Source: a virus (taxonomy: Duplodnaviria > Caudoviricetes). Taken from it: a DNA stretch of 24,418 nt. The translations under genes and the position numbers were made by a program. Location: positions 1 to 24,418 of the IMG/VR virus record IMGVR_UViG_3300024051_000127. One strand, 5' to 3'. Below the pieces are notes generated by a model. It was not told where the DNA came from and did not search any database. It worked only from the letters and a program-made list of their open reading frames with translations. Position 1 is the first letter of the stretch. Every line of letters begins with the position of its first letter. Positions 16,715-24,418 of the stretch are shown piece after piece.

Positions 16715-16791
16715 GAAACCCCTCCCCGGAGTTTCATTTGCGGATATCGATCAACCTTCATATTTGCCCCGCCTTTGTGCGGGGCTTTTTT
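16715..16791 (+). ncRNA. Putative sRNA, copy 2
   Basis: Promoter TTCCCG-N17-TAGACT (16679-16707), 5' hairpin GAAACCCCTCCCCGGAGTTTC, near-identical terminator. Confidence 0.65.
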
Positions 16792-17070
16792 GTGCGGCGT
16801 GGACTCAATCCTGAATTGGTGATCTTATCGAGATGCGGCCCCGGCGAGGCCCCGACTGGTAATCGGACAATCCTCGCCGGCACTCCGCATCCTGCCCGGA
16901 CAACCGGACTTGCGGATGCACTTCCGGAACCGATACCAAGCAGGGCCGCCAAAAGGTGTGCGCACACCAGGAGGCGGGCCGGTAGACCAAGAGAACGGCG
17001 GCTTATCCGTTCCTACTTGGCATGAACACGCAACCGTAAGGTTCCGTGGCCACGGACCTGGAGCTATCTC

Positions 17071-17160
17071 ATGAAGAAGCCCACGGTCAGCATCGAGGTT
17101 AAGATCGACTTGGTAGCCTGCGTCCTGCTCGCTATCTTCGTCATCGAACGCCTCACCTGA
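17071..17160 (+). CDS. 29-aa hydrophobic peptide, type I toxin-like (not in ORF track)
   Basis: GGAG SD, sequence MKKPTVSIEVKIDLVACVLLAIFVIERLT*, long structured leader, own terminator. Confidence 0.7.
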   Translation: MKKPTVSIEVKIDLVACVLLAIFVIERLT

Positions 17161-17166
17161 TGCCTC

Positions 17167-17201
17167 GCCCCTCTCGGTTTTGCCGGGAGGGGCTTGTTTT
17201 T
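17167..17201 (+). terminator. Intrinsic terminator after the peptide gene
   Basis: GCCCCTCTCGG...CCGGGAGGGGC followed by TTGTTTTT. Confidence 0.8.
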
Positions 17202-17303
17202 GAGAGGGCCAACTTGGTAGGCCGCCTCTCTCCTTCTCGATAAAGAACCTACGATCGTTGCCTCGAAGCCCTCGGTTCACGCCGAGGGCTTCTTGCGTTG
17301 GTG

Positions 17304-17332
17304 ATTCTACGCGGGTTTGGTGGAGGGGGCAA
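17304..17332 (-). promoter_or_regulatory. Sigma70 promoter for a convergent antisense RNA
   Basis: TTGCCC-N17-TAGAAT on the minus strand. Predicted start ~17297, followed by hairpin 17265-17292. Confidence 0.65.
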
Positions 17333-17338
17333 TCTTTT

Positions 17339-17391
17339 GTCACCATTTCGGTGACTTTCTGATTGACGCGTCACCAATTCGGTGACATATT
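17339..17391 (+). promoter_or_regulatory. OL operators and PL promoter
   Basis: Perfect GTCACC-N5-GGTGAC at 17339-17355 and 17370-17386. Promoter TTGACG-N17-CATATT. Confidence 0.9.
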
Positions 17392-17435
17392 CTCCTCATC
17401 ACCCCGACACACCGGGAACATGAGGAGCAAGGGAA

Positions 17436-17831
17436 ATGGCAAAGAAGGTCGAGTTCAAGATCGACATCGCTGACTTCGATAAGGACGGCTCTGCCCGCCT
17501 CAAAGCTGCGCGCGAAGAAGTAGCAAAGATCGAAAAGCAGATCACCGACGCGTACCTGAAGAGTGACCGTTTTACCGCTGCTCGCGATCTTGCCGGCGTG
17601 TCGGATTACGGAACCAAGAACACGCCGATCATAGGCATCCAGCACAACAAGATCGTCACGACGATCTATGCCGATCTGGCCGATGAGGTGACGGTCGCTA
17701 ACCGCCCCACCCTCTATCTCGGGGAGAAGACCATCAACATGCTCCTGAGCGGCAAGCTGCTCGACGAGGCGCAGAAGAAGGCCCTTCTCAAGCAAATCGG
17801 CTTCGATGCCGACAACCTCATCACCGCCTGA
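17436..17831 (+). CDS. Hypothetical protein, first PL gene
   Basis: SD-led ORF with phage-like codon usage. Confidence 0.8.
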   Translation: MAKKVEFKIDIADFDKDGSARLKAAREEVAKIEKQITDAYLKSDRFTAARDLAGVSDYGTKNTPIIGIQHNKIVTTIYADLADEVTVANRPTLYLGEKTINMLLSGKLLDEAQKKALLKQIGFDADNLITA

Positions 17832-17893
17832 TCCCCTTCGGCATCGCCTCCCACCCGAGGCGATATCGAAAGAGATCACCTGAGGAAACCGAC

Positions 17894-18235
17894 ATGGCAC
17901 ACGAAGCCGACCGACTGGCAGATGCCGTCCGCTTGAACATCACGGACCTTGATCGCGTGATCGTCAAAATCCGCGGCCTTCACCGTCGCGGCCTCCCGGC
18001 CCCGAAGGCCGCAGCTCGCTACCTCGAATACGTCCGCCGCATTTACGAGTTCAGCGAGCGGGCAAAGTCGGTCGGCGGTCACGGCCCCCTCTTCGACAAC
18101 AAGCACCAGCCCATTCCCTTCCGCGATCAGATGGTCGGCTTCACCGCCGAGCAGATGCAGGAGCTTCGCTGGAAGGGCGTTTGCGACGACCTGCGAACGG
18201 TCCAGCCGGTTCTCTTCCTCGAAGCTGCAGAGTAA
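17894..18235 (+). CDS. Hypothetical protein
   Basis: GAGG SD. Confidence 0.75.
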   Translation: MAHEADRLADAVRLNITDLDRVIVKIRGLHRRGLPAPKAAARYLEYVRRIYEFSERAKSVGGHGPLFDNKHQPIPFRDQMVGFTAEQMQELRWKGVCDDLRTVQPVLFLEAAE

Positions 18236-18240
18236 CGGCG

Positions 18241-18486
18241 ATGATCCTCACCTGCACCAGATGCGAAGGCGAAGGCTCGATCTACGCCAGCCGCTACGGC
18301 GGCAATGATCCCGATGCATGGCGCGTCGGCCCCTGCGAGGACTGCGGCGGCTCCGGGAACATGACCTGCGAGGCGCGCGGATGCGGCGAGCCCGCAGTCG
18401 CTTTCAACGACGACGGAGAGGCGCTTTGCGAAGACTGCCTCTGCGAATGGGCGGTCATCCAGTCGTTTGAAGACGACGCCGCCTGA
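18241..18486 (+). CDS. Cys-rich zinc-finger protein
   Basis: CTRCEGEG, CEDCGGSG, CEARGC, CEDC. Confidence 0.7.
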   Translation: MILTCTRCEGEGSIYASRYGGNDPDAWRVGPCEDCGGSGNMTCEARGCGEPAVAFNDDGEALCEDCLCEWAVIQSFEDDAA

Positions 18487-18522
18487 TTTTTCCGAAACCA
18501 CTCAAATCTAAGGGGACGCCAG

Positions 18523-19218
18523 ATGGCAAAGAAATCCGCATCCGAAGAGCAGGAAGTCATCATCGCCATCAAAGGCTTCAATGCTAACCTCACCTGCCGT
18601 GGATACCAGTTCAAGGAAGGCGAGACCTTCAAACATGAAGGTAAGGTCGAGGCCTGCAAAGGCGGCTTCCACGCCATCGAAGGCCACCCGCTGGAGGTCT
18701 TTGGCTACTATCCGCCGGCCGGCTCGGTCTACCACGAAGTAGGTATGCGCGGCCCGTTCTCTCGCCATAGCGAAGACAGCAAGATCGCGGCCGGCGAAAT
18801 CACGATCCGCGGCGAGGTCAAAATCCCCGAACTAGTCACCCGCGCCATCAAGTGGGTTATGGACCGGGCGAATACGGAAGAAGGTGGTCACGCCACCGGC
18901 ACTCAGGGCGCGGCATCCGCCACCGGCACTCGGGGCGCGGCATCCGCCACCGGCGATCAGGGCGCGGCATCCGCCACCGGCACTCGGGGCGCGGCATCCG
19001 CCACCGGCGATCAGGGCGCGGCAATGGCTCCTGGCAAAGATGGCAGGGTCATGGGCGCCGAGGGCGTCGTCCTCTTCGCCGTTGAGCGCGGCGATTGGGA
19101 TGGCGAAGGATATCCCGCCATTTCGACGGCCTCTGGCATCGTAGGTCAGGACGGCATCGAGCCGAACGTCTGGTATCAGGCCAAGGGTGGCAACCTAGTC
19201 GAGGTGGAGGACGAGTGA
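18523..19218 (+). CDS. DUF7666-like phage protein with GAASATG repeats
   Basis: KGFNANLTCRGYQF, GFHA..PLEVFGYY, GIEPNVWY. Confidence 0.8.
   Translation: MAKKSASEEQEVIIAIKGFNANLTCRGYQFKEGETFKHEGKVEACKGGFHAIEGHPLEVFGYYPPAGSVYHEVGMRGPFSRHSEDSKIAAGEITIRGEVKIPELVTRAIKWVMDRANTEEGGHATGTQGAASATGTRGAASATGDQGAASATGTRGAASATGDQGAAMAPGKDGRVMGAEGVVLFAVERGDWDGEGYPAISTASGIVGQDGIEPNVWYQAKGGNLVEVEDE
18892..19023 (+). repeat. 27-bp coding tandem repeat, about 5 copies
   Basis: GCCACCGGC(ACT/GAT)C(A/G)GGGCGCGGCATCC. Confidence 0.95.
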
Positions 19219-19454
19219 TGTCTCGTTGCGACCTCTCCACCATCGGCGAATGCTCCTGCATTCCCTCCGGCGTCCCCTGCAAGGTTCAGGCCCCGATTGA
19301 TCTTGGCACCTACCGCGGGACGAACAACCACGGCCCTCTGGACGATTACCCGAAGGCCGCGCGCGATCTGAACGTCGCGCTGATCCTCCTCTCCGCAATC
19401 GTTTTCGCAATCATCATCGGCGCTGGCCTCACGGTCGGTCCGATCAACGTATAG
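19218..19454 (+). CDS. Small protein with Cys-rich N-terminus and C-terminal TM helix
   Basis: TGATG-coupled. TM-like VALILLSAIVFAIIIGAGL. Confidence 0.65.
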   Translation: MSRCDLSTIGECSCIPSGVPCKVQAPIDLGTYRGTNNHGPLDDYPKAARDLNVALILLSAIVFAIIIGAGLTVGPINV

Positions 19455-19467
19455 GAGAATTACCGCC

Positions 19468-20250
19468 ATGGCGCAGGCTCTTGAAATTCAGGCAGCATCC
19501 GAAATTCCGATGGTCGCCGACCGGCAGGCTATCACGCCCATGATCATGCTTGATCAGGCCATCGCGCGCGGCGCTGATATCAACGTCCTTGAGAAGTTGA
19601 TGGGGCTGCAAGAGCGGTGGGAGGCCAATCAGGCGCGCAAAGCGTTCGATGCGGCAATGGCGGATGCCAAGGCGAAAATCCCGCCGATCCTGAAAAACCG
19701 CAAGGTCGATTTCACGTCGCAGAAGGGCCGGACGAACTATCGACATGAAGACCTCGGCGAGATCGCCAAGACAGTTGACCCGATCCTTGCCGAGTTCGGC
19801 CTTTCCTACCGTTTCAACACCGAGACGGCAGGCGGAACGGTCAGCGTAACGTGCATCGTATCGCACCGTGACGGACATTCCGAGCGCAACACCCTTTCGG
19901 GCGCGCACGATCAGTCCGGAAACAAGAACAGCATCCAGGCGGTCGGATCCACAATCACCTATTTGCAGCGCTACACGCTGAAAGCCGCGCTCGGCCTTGC
20001 CGCATCGAATGACGATGACGGCGCAAAGGCCGACAATACCACCAAGGATGACGAGGTGATCACGGAGGCGCAGGCCTCTGTCATTCGGGAACTGGTCGAG
20101 AGAGCCCAGCTCGAAATGGATCAATTTTGCGGTCACTGGAAGATTGAGGCCGTCCCCGACATTCCCATGAACAAGTTCAACGATGTCGTGGCCTCGCTCC
20201 GCCGCCGCATCGCGTTCCTCGCAGAGCAGGAGGCTAAGAACAATGGATAA
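19468..20250 (+). CDS. ERF-family single-strand annealing protein
   Basis: QAVGSTITYLQRYTLKAALGLAASNDDDG. Confidence 0.92.
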   Translation: MAQALEIQAASEIPMVADRQAITPMIMLDQAIARGADINVLEKLMGLQERWEANQARKAFDAAMADAKAKIPPILKNRKVDFTSQKGRTNYRHEDLGEIAKTVDPILAEFGLSYRFNTETAGGTVSVTCIVSHRDGHSERNTLSGAHDQSGNKNSIQAVGSTITYLQRYTLKAALGLAASNDDDGAKADNTTKDDEVITEAQASVIRELVERAQLEMDQFCGHWKIEAVPDIPMNKFNDVVASLRRRIAFLAEQEAKNNG

Positions 20251-20905
20251 CATCGAACAGGGCAGCATCGAATGGCTGCGACTGAGGGCCGGCAAGGTTA
20301 CTGCATCGCGCGTTGCCGACGTGATTGCAAAGACCAAGACTGGCGTTTCCGCTTCGCGCGCAAAGTATGCTGGCGAGCTTATCGCTGAACGCCTCACCGG
20401 CGCGCCTGCGGAACGCTACAGCAATGCTGCGATGGCTTGGGGCACGGAAATGGAGCCTGAGGCCAGGAGCGCCTACGAATACAATCGCGCGGCGAAGGTC
20501 GATCAAGTGGCCTTTGTCCTGCACCCGTCTATCGGCGACAGCGGCGCGTCTCCGGATGGTCTCGTCGGCGAAGACGGCCTCGTCGAGATCAAGTGCCCCG
20601 AGACCCACACCCACATCGAAACGCTTCTCGGCCAGACTGTGCCGTCGAAGTACGTCACGCAGATGCAGTGGCAGATGGCATGCACAGGCCGGGCATGGTG
20701 CGATTTCGTCTCCTATGACCCTCGCCTGCCCGAGCCCATGCGGTTCTTCTGCAAGCGGGTGATGCGCGACGACGCCCTGATTGCCGAACTGGAGCGCGAA
20801 GTCGTCGCCTTCCTGAACGAGGTTCGCGGCACGGTAGCGCAGCTGCAGCGCATCTATGACCCGCAGCCGGCTGATGCGTCGGCAGAATTGTTGATGGCGG
20901 GGTGA
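20243..20905 (+). CDS. YqaJ/lambda-exonuclease family protein
   Basis: QGSIEWLRLRAGKVTAS, GASPDGLV, EIKCP, QMQWQM, WCDFVSYDPR. Confidence 0.93.
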   Translation: MDNIEQGSIEWLRLRAGKVTASRVADVIAKTKTGVSASRAKYAGELIAERLTGAPAERYSNAAMAWGTEMEPEARSAYEYNRAAKVDQVAFVLHPSIGDSGASPDGLVGEDGLVEIKCPETHTHIETLLGQTVPSKYVTQMQWQMACTGRAWCDFVSYDPRLPEPMRFFCKRVMRDDALIAELEREVVAFLNEVRGTVAQLQRIYDPQPADASAELLMAG

Positions 20906-20909
20906 TGCC

Positions 20910-21368
20910 ATGGCTACCAACAACCGCATCGTCGACACAGAACAGGCCCGCGATCAGCTTCACAAGTTCATCGCCGGCAAGAATCTGCCGTTCACGGCCA
21001 GCATCACGGACGGCAAGCACCGCACCAACGACCAGAACAGCCTCCAGCGGAAGTGGGTTCTGGAAATATCGGCGCAGCTCGGCGACCGGACCCCGGAAGA
21101 GGTCCGGGGCTACTGCAAGCTTCACTTCGGCGTGCCGATCCTTCGGAACGAGAACGACGTGTTCAAGGCCGAATATGATGCCGTGATCATGCCTCTCCCC
21201 TACGAACACAAGCTCAAGCTGATGATGGTGCCGTTTGATTTCGGCGTCACCCGGATCATGACGACGCGGCAGAAGACCGACTATCTCAATGCGGTCCACC
21301 ATCATTTCTCCGAGCAGGGGCTTATCCTCACCAACCCGGAAGATCGCAAGTACGGGAGGGCAGCATGA
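20910..21368 (+). CDS. NinB-like recombination accessory protein
   Basis: RTNDQNSL..W and VTRIMT...YL. Confidence 0.6.
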   Translation: MATNNRIVDTEQARDQLHKFIAGKNLPFTASITDGKHRTNDQNSLQRKWVLEISAQLGDRTPEEVRGYCKLHFGVPILRNENDVFKAEYDAVIMPLPYEHKLKLMMVPFDFGVTRIMTTRQKTDYLNAVHHHFSEQGLILTNPEDRKYGRAA

Positions 21369-21550
21369 CCGCCGCCGATCACCTCCGCAAGTACCCCAAC
21401 GCCCGGCCTTCGACCATCGCATGGATGATCCTGCGCGATGCGAAGACGGAAGAGCTTCGCGCCGAACTCCCCCGCAAGCGGGCCGGCATCTTTTCCCGGT
21501 TCATCGGCTTTCTTCGCAAGGCCGTCCTCGATGATCTGAGGAGGGTGTGA
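21365..21550 (+). CDS. Hypothetical protein
   Basis: ATGA-coupled. Confidence 0.65.
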   Translation: MTAADHLRKYPNARPSTIAWMILRDAKTEELRAELPRKRAGIFSRFIGFLRKAVLDDLRRV

Positions 21551-21747
21551 TGGCCTACAAAACCATTACCGCAGGCGGCTGCGATCCAGAGCATGGAGAA
21601 TGGGAAGTCTATTACGTCGTGCCGGATCACGTGACCGGGCAGATGGTTATGTACTCCCCGGAAGAGGCCGACGTTTTCTGCGAATGCTACGAGAAAGAAA
21701 ACGCCGACCTGATCGTGTCGCTCCTGAATAGGGAGGCTCGGCACTGA
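21550..21747 (+). CDS. Hypothetical protein
   Basis: TGATG-coupled at both ends. Confidence 0.65.
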   Translation: MAYKTITAGGCDPEHGEWEVYYVVPDHVTGQMVMYSPEEADVFCECYEKENADLIVSLLNREARH

Positions 21748-22112
21748 TGGCGAAGCGCCTGGAATTCAACCGCAAGACCCGCGCCGCCATTATAGCGCGC
21801 GCCGCCGGCAAGTGCGAGCTTTGCAGCGCTGCACTGAAAACCGGAGAGGGCGAGGTGGACCATATCCTGCCTTGCGCCCTCGGAGGCGAGCCGACGATTG
21901 CCAACGGCAGATTGCTTTGCCGTGTCTGTCATAAGCAAAAATCAGCCAGTGACGTGCGGCAGGTGCGCAAGTCCGACCGCCAGCGTGACCGGCAAACAGG
22001 GGCCATCCGCCCCGCCGGCAAGCTGAAATCCGCACCTTTTCCGAAGGCCGACAAGCCCAAAAAGCCGGTCGTCTACCGGCCCTGCACCTTTTACCGCGAG
22101 GAATCGAGATGA
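21747..22112 (+). CDS. HNH endonuclease
   Basis: CELC, EVDHILP, GG, NGRLLCRVCH. Confidence 0.9.
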   Translation: MAKRLEFNRKTRAAIIARAAGKCELCSAALKTGEGEVDHILPCALGGEPTIANGRLLCRVCHKQKSASDVRQVRKSDRQRDRQTGAIRPAGKLKSAPFPKADKPKKPVVYRPCTFYREESR

Positions 22113-22414
22113 CCAAGAAGATAGAAGACGGCGGGCCGGCGTATCCGCAGCACGATTTGAGCGGATACGGCTTTGGGCCTTCCGAACGCGGGGAGCATGG
22201 CGACGGACCCGAAGATTTCGGCACGCGCCGCTACACAGTGGAAGGTATGTCGCTCCGGGATCATTTTGCCGCTCAGGCCATCCCGGCGATTATTGAGCGT
22301 TGCGGTGCTGACCATCGCCAGCCGCACGAGCACATCACCGACTATTTCGCGCGCAAGGCTTACGAGGTTGCCGACGCCATGCTGCTCGCCCGCAAGTCAG
22401 GCGGTGAAGCATGA
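22109..22414 (+). CDS. Conserved phage hypothetical protein
   Basis: DGGPAYP, GMSLRDHFAAQA, AYEVADAML. Confidence 0.8.
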   Translation: MTKKIEDGGPAYPQHDLSGYGFGPSERGEHGDGPEDFGTRRYTVEGMSLRDHFAAQAIPAIIERCGADHRQPHEHITDYFARKAYEVADAMLLARKSGGEA

Positions 22415-22818
22415 CCTCCCCCGCATCCGCCGTAGAGGCCATAGAGAAGGCACCGAACCGCATCCAGGGCATGGTGCGGTCCATCGATCAGTACCGGAAC
22501 AGCGATCCAAAAGCGGTAGCTGACGGTTCATATGCGCAAGTCCTCTATGCCCTGACCGACGATAAGCACGACATTCTAGTGCTTTGGGATTTTGCGAACG
22601 AAGCCGCCCGCCAGGCAGAGGCGTTGCAGCGGGAGAATGCGGAGCTGCGGGAAGCGCTCAAACCGTTTGCCGAATGCGCGCCTGAATGGGAAGGCGAGTC
22701 TGATTCCCTCCACGTTTTCTTTGAATGGAACGACGAAAGCGCTCCGGTGCCCAGCCTACCGGTAGCTGACTTCTTCCGCGCCCGCGCACTCCTCGGAGGA
22801 TCTGAAAATGCAGAGTGA
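22411..22818 (+). CDS. Hypothetical protein (Ead/Ea22-like modules)
   Basis: ATGA-coupled. Contains LREALKPFA. Confidence 0.7.
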   Translation: MTSPASAVEAIEKAPNRIQGMVRSIDQYRNSDPKAVADGSYAQVLYALTDDKHDILVLWDFANEAARQAEALQRENAELREALKPFAECAPEWEGESDSLHVFFEWNDESAPVPSLPVADFFRARALLGGSENAE

Positions 22819-23446
22819 AGCCAAATCGAAGGCGCTGGAGCAGTTCACCGACTATTTCGTCAAGAACTACCCGGGCCCGGATACGGTCATCGCCGATCCG
22901 AAATGGCATGCGCCGAAGATTTTCGCCGCCGCCTACTCGGCAATCACCGCCGCCAAGGCCGCAGCCCAAGCCGACTACGAGCAGCGCATCCGAAGCGCCC
23001 TTGTCGATGTGCCGGTAGAGCCGGTGGCATCGACCAGTTCGGATAAGCTGGCGCTGGGCGATATGCCATCCTATGGCGATTGCTCTGCAAACGACATGCT
23101 CTCCGCTGTGGCAGACGCGATCTTTGGTGATCGAGATATAAGTCTTCTGCGGCAGATCGATAATGAAAGGTCTGTCGGGCATCAAATGGTCCCGACTATC
23201 AATTTCAACTCTCTCAACCGGATCATATCGGCGTTCCACAACCATCGGCCCTCCCTCCATAGAGAAGGAGAGGACAACGCGGAGGTGATCGACAAGGCAC
23301 GCACCCTGGCGACGGCGATCCTGCAAAACTTCGGCGCCATGGAAGATGGCAACGGCGAGGAAGCGCCTGAACTTTCCATGGCCCGCGACCTCCTCGCCGC
23401 CACGCGCAGCGGTTCCGCCACAAGTGCTAAGGGGTGCGCCGAATGA
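22808..23446 (+). CDS. Hypothetical mosaic protein
   Basis: Overlap-coupled. Contains AKAAAQADYEQRIRSAL. Confidence 0.7.
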   Translation: MQSEAKSKALEQFTDYFVKNYPGPDTVIADPKWHAPKIFAAAYSAITAAKAAAQADYEQRIRSALVDVPVEPVASTSSDKLALGDMPSYGDCSANDMLSAVADAIFGDRDISLLRQIDNERSVGHQMVPTINFNSLNRIISAFHNHRPSLHREGEDNAEVIDKARTLATAILQNFGAMEDGNGEEAPELSMARDLLAATRSGSATSAKGCAE

Positions 23447-23994
23447 TGAATCGCCCTGTCCTCGACGCATGCTGCGGAAGCCGGATGTTCTGGTTTGACC
23501 GTGCCGATGATCGTGCTGTCTTTGGCGATATCCGACATGAGCGCCACGAACTCACCGACCGTTCCAGCACTGGCGGCAGCCGAAGCCTTATCATCGAGCC
23601 GGACCAGGTCATCGACTTCCGAGCGTTGCCGTTCCCCGACGACAGTTTCCACCTCGTTGCCTTTGATCCCCCACACCTGATCCAGAACGGCTCCAAAGGC
23701 TGGCTGGCGAAGAAATACGGCAAGCTCGGCACTGACTGGCGAGATGATCTGCGCGCCGGCTTCTCTGAATGCTTCCGCGTCCTCCGACCGCTCGGAACCC
23801 TCATTTTCAAATGGAACGAGCATGAGGTGAAGGTGTCGGAAATCCTGAATCTCACCGATCAGAAGCCGCTTTTCGGGAACCGCTGCGGCAAGAACGCGAA
23901 ATCGCACTGGATCGTTTTCATGAAACCGGTCGGCGATGATGCCCACGTATCATCTGGAACCTCCCCTATCCGCCAGAGAGGAGACGGAGAATGA
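23443..23994 (+). CDS. SAM-dependent (probably DNA amino-) methyltransferase
   Basis: LDACCGSRMFWF, FDPPH, ECFRVLRPLGTLIFKWNE. Confidence 0.85.
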   Translation: MMNRPVLDACCGSRMFWFDRADDRAVFGDIRHERHELTDRSSTGGSRSLIIEPDQVIDFRALPFPDDSFHLVAFDPPHLIQNGSKGWLAKKYGKLGTDWRDDLRAGFSECFRVLRPLGTLIFKWNEHEVKVSEILNLTDQKPLFGNRCGKNAKSHWIVFMKPVGDDAHVSSGTSPIRQRGDGE

Positions 23995-24188
23995 AGCTGA
24001 CGAAGCCACAATGGGATCTGCTGTGCGACGTGGCCAACGGTGGAAACGCCGTTGATACCTATCCGCCTGCGAAAAAACTGGTTGAGCTTGGCCTCTGCGT
24101 GCGCACGGCAGTTGGTTTCTCGGACAGGCTGGAGCTGACCGACGCCGGACGTGAACGGCATGCCAGGGGATATGGAGAGAAGGGATGA
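23991..24188 (+). CDS. Small winged-helix-like protein
   Basis: KKLVELGL...LTDAGR. Confidence 0.65.
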   Translation: MKLTKPQWDLLCDVANGGNAVDTYPPAKKLVELGLCVRTAVGFSDRLELTDAGRERHARGYGEKG

Positions 24189-24418
24189 ACCTGACAACAG
24201 AACATTGGCAAGCCCTGTCCTTCGTTTCAAAGGCAAAGAAACTCGTGTGGTGCGGCGTGTTCGATAACGGTGGCGATGACGTGATCGCCGAGCTTGCTGC
24301 GTCTGGCCTGATCGAAGGCGTCAAGCAACATATCAGGATCGGCCGCATGAATTATTCTGGCGGGTACCGCATCACCCCTGCCGGCCGCAACGCACTGGAT
24401 AAGGAGCGGGGTGGATGA
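24185..24418 (+). CDS. Small winged-helix-like protein
   Basis: ELAASGLI...ITPAGR. Confidence 0.65.
   Translation: MNLTTEHWQALSFVSKAKKLVWCGVFDNGGDDVIAELAASGLIEGVKQHIRIGRMNYSGGYRITPAGRNALDKERGG

Noticed and set aside
16537-16791. CRISPR array interpretation of the tandem units
   Set aside because: Only two 139-bp units, each with a promoter and terminator, and no cas genes.
18892-19023. 27-bp repeats as CRISPR or DGR
   Set aside because: No spacers, in-frame coding repeats, and no reverse transcriptase.

Overview
GC-rich lambdoid temperate phage or prophage segment. A Rhizobiaceae-like alphaproteobacterial host is inferred from the DUF982 and GapR genes, a GTTC-N7-GTTC LexA box and a CTATAT -10 box. 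The minus-strand arm (13413 to 1) runs cro, small early genes, a GapR/ParB-like fusion, DUF1064, a DUF559-like nuclease, replication genes, a LuxR-type HTH and a DUF6456-like late regulator. It continues through a ~650-bp structured-RNA leader with a CAU tRNA, a metallopeptidase, terminase small and large subunits, and an apparently truncated portal. The centre holds a cI lacking the autopeptidase domain, GTCACC-N5-GGTGAC operators, and a LexA-boxed convergent operon. It also holds an accessory island with a DUF4760-like protein, a BstA abortive-infection homologue with a candidate aba element, two tandem scaffold-plus-variable sRNA genes, and an unannotated 29-aa type I toxin-like gene with a convergent antisense promoter. 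The plus-strand arm (17436-24418) is the PL operon, with an ERF recombinase, YqaJ exonuclease, NinB-like protein, HNH endonuclease, methyltransferase and small genes. All family calls come from motif recognition, not database searches.
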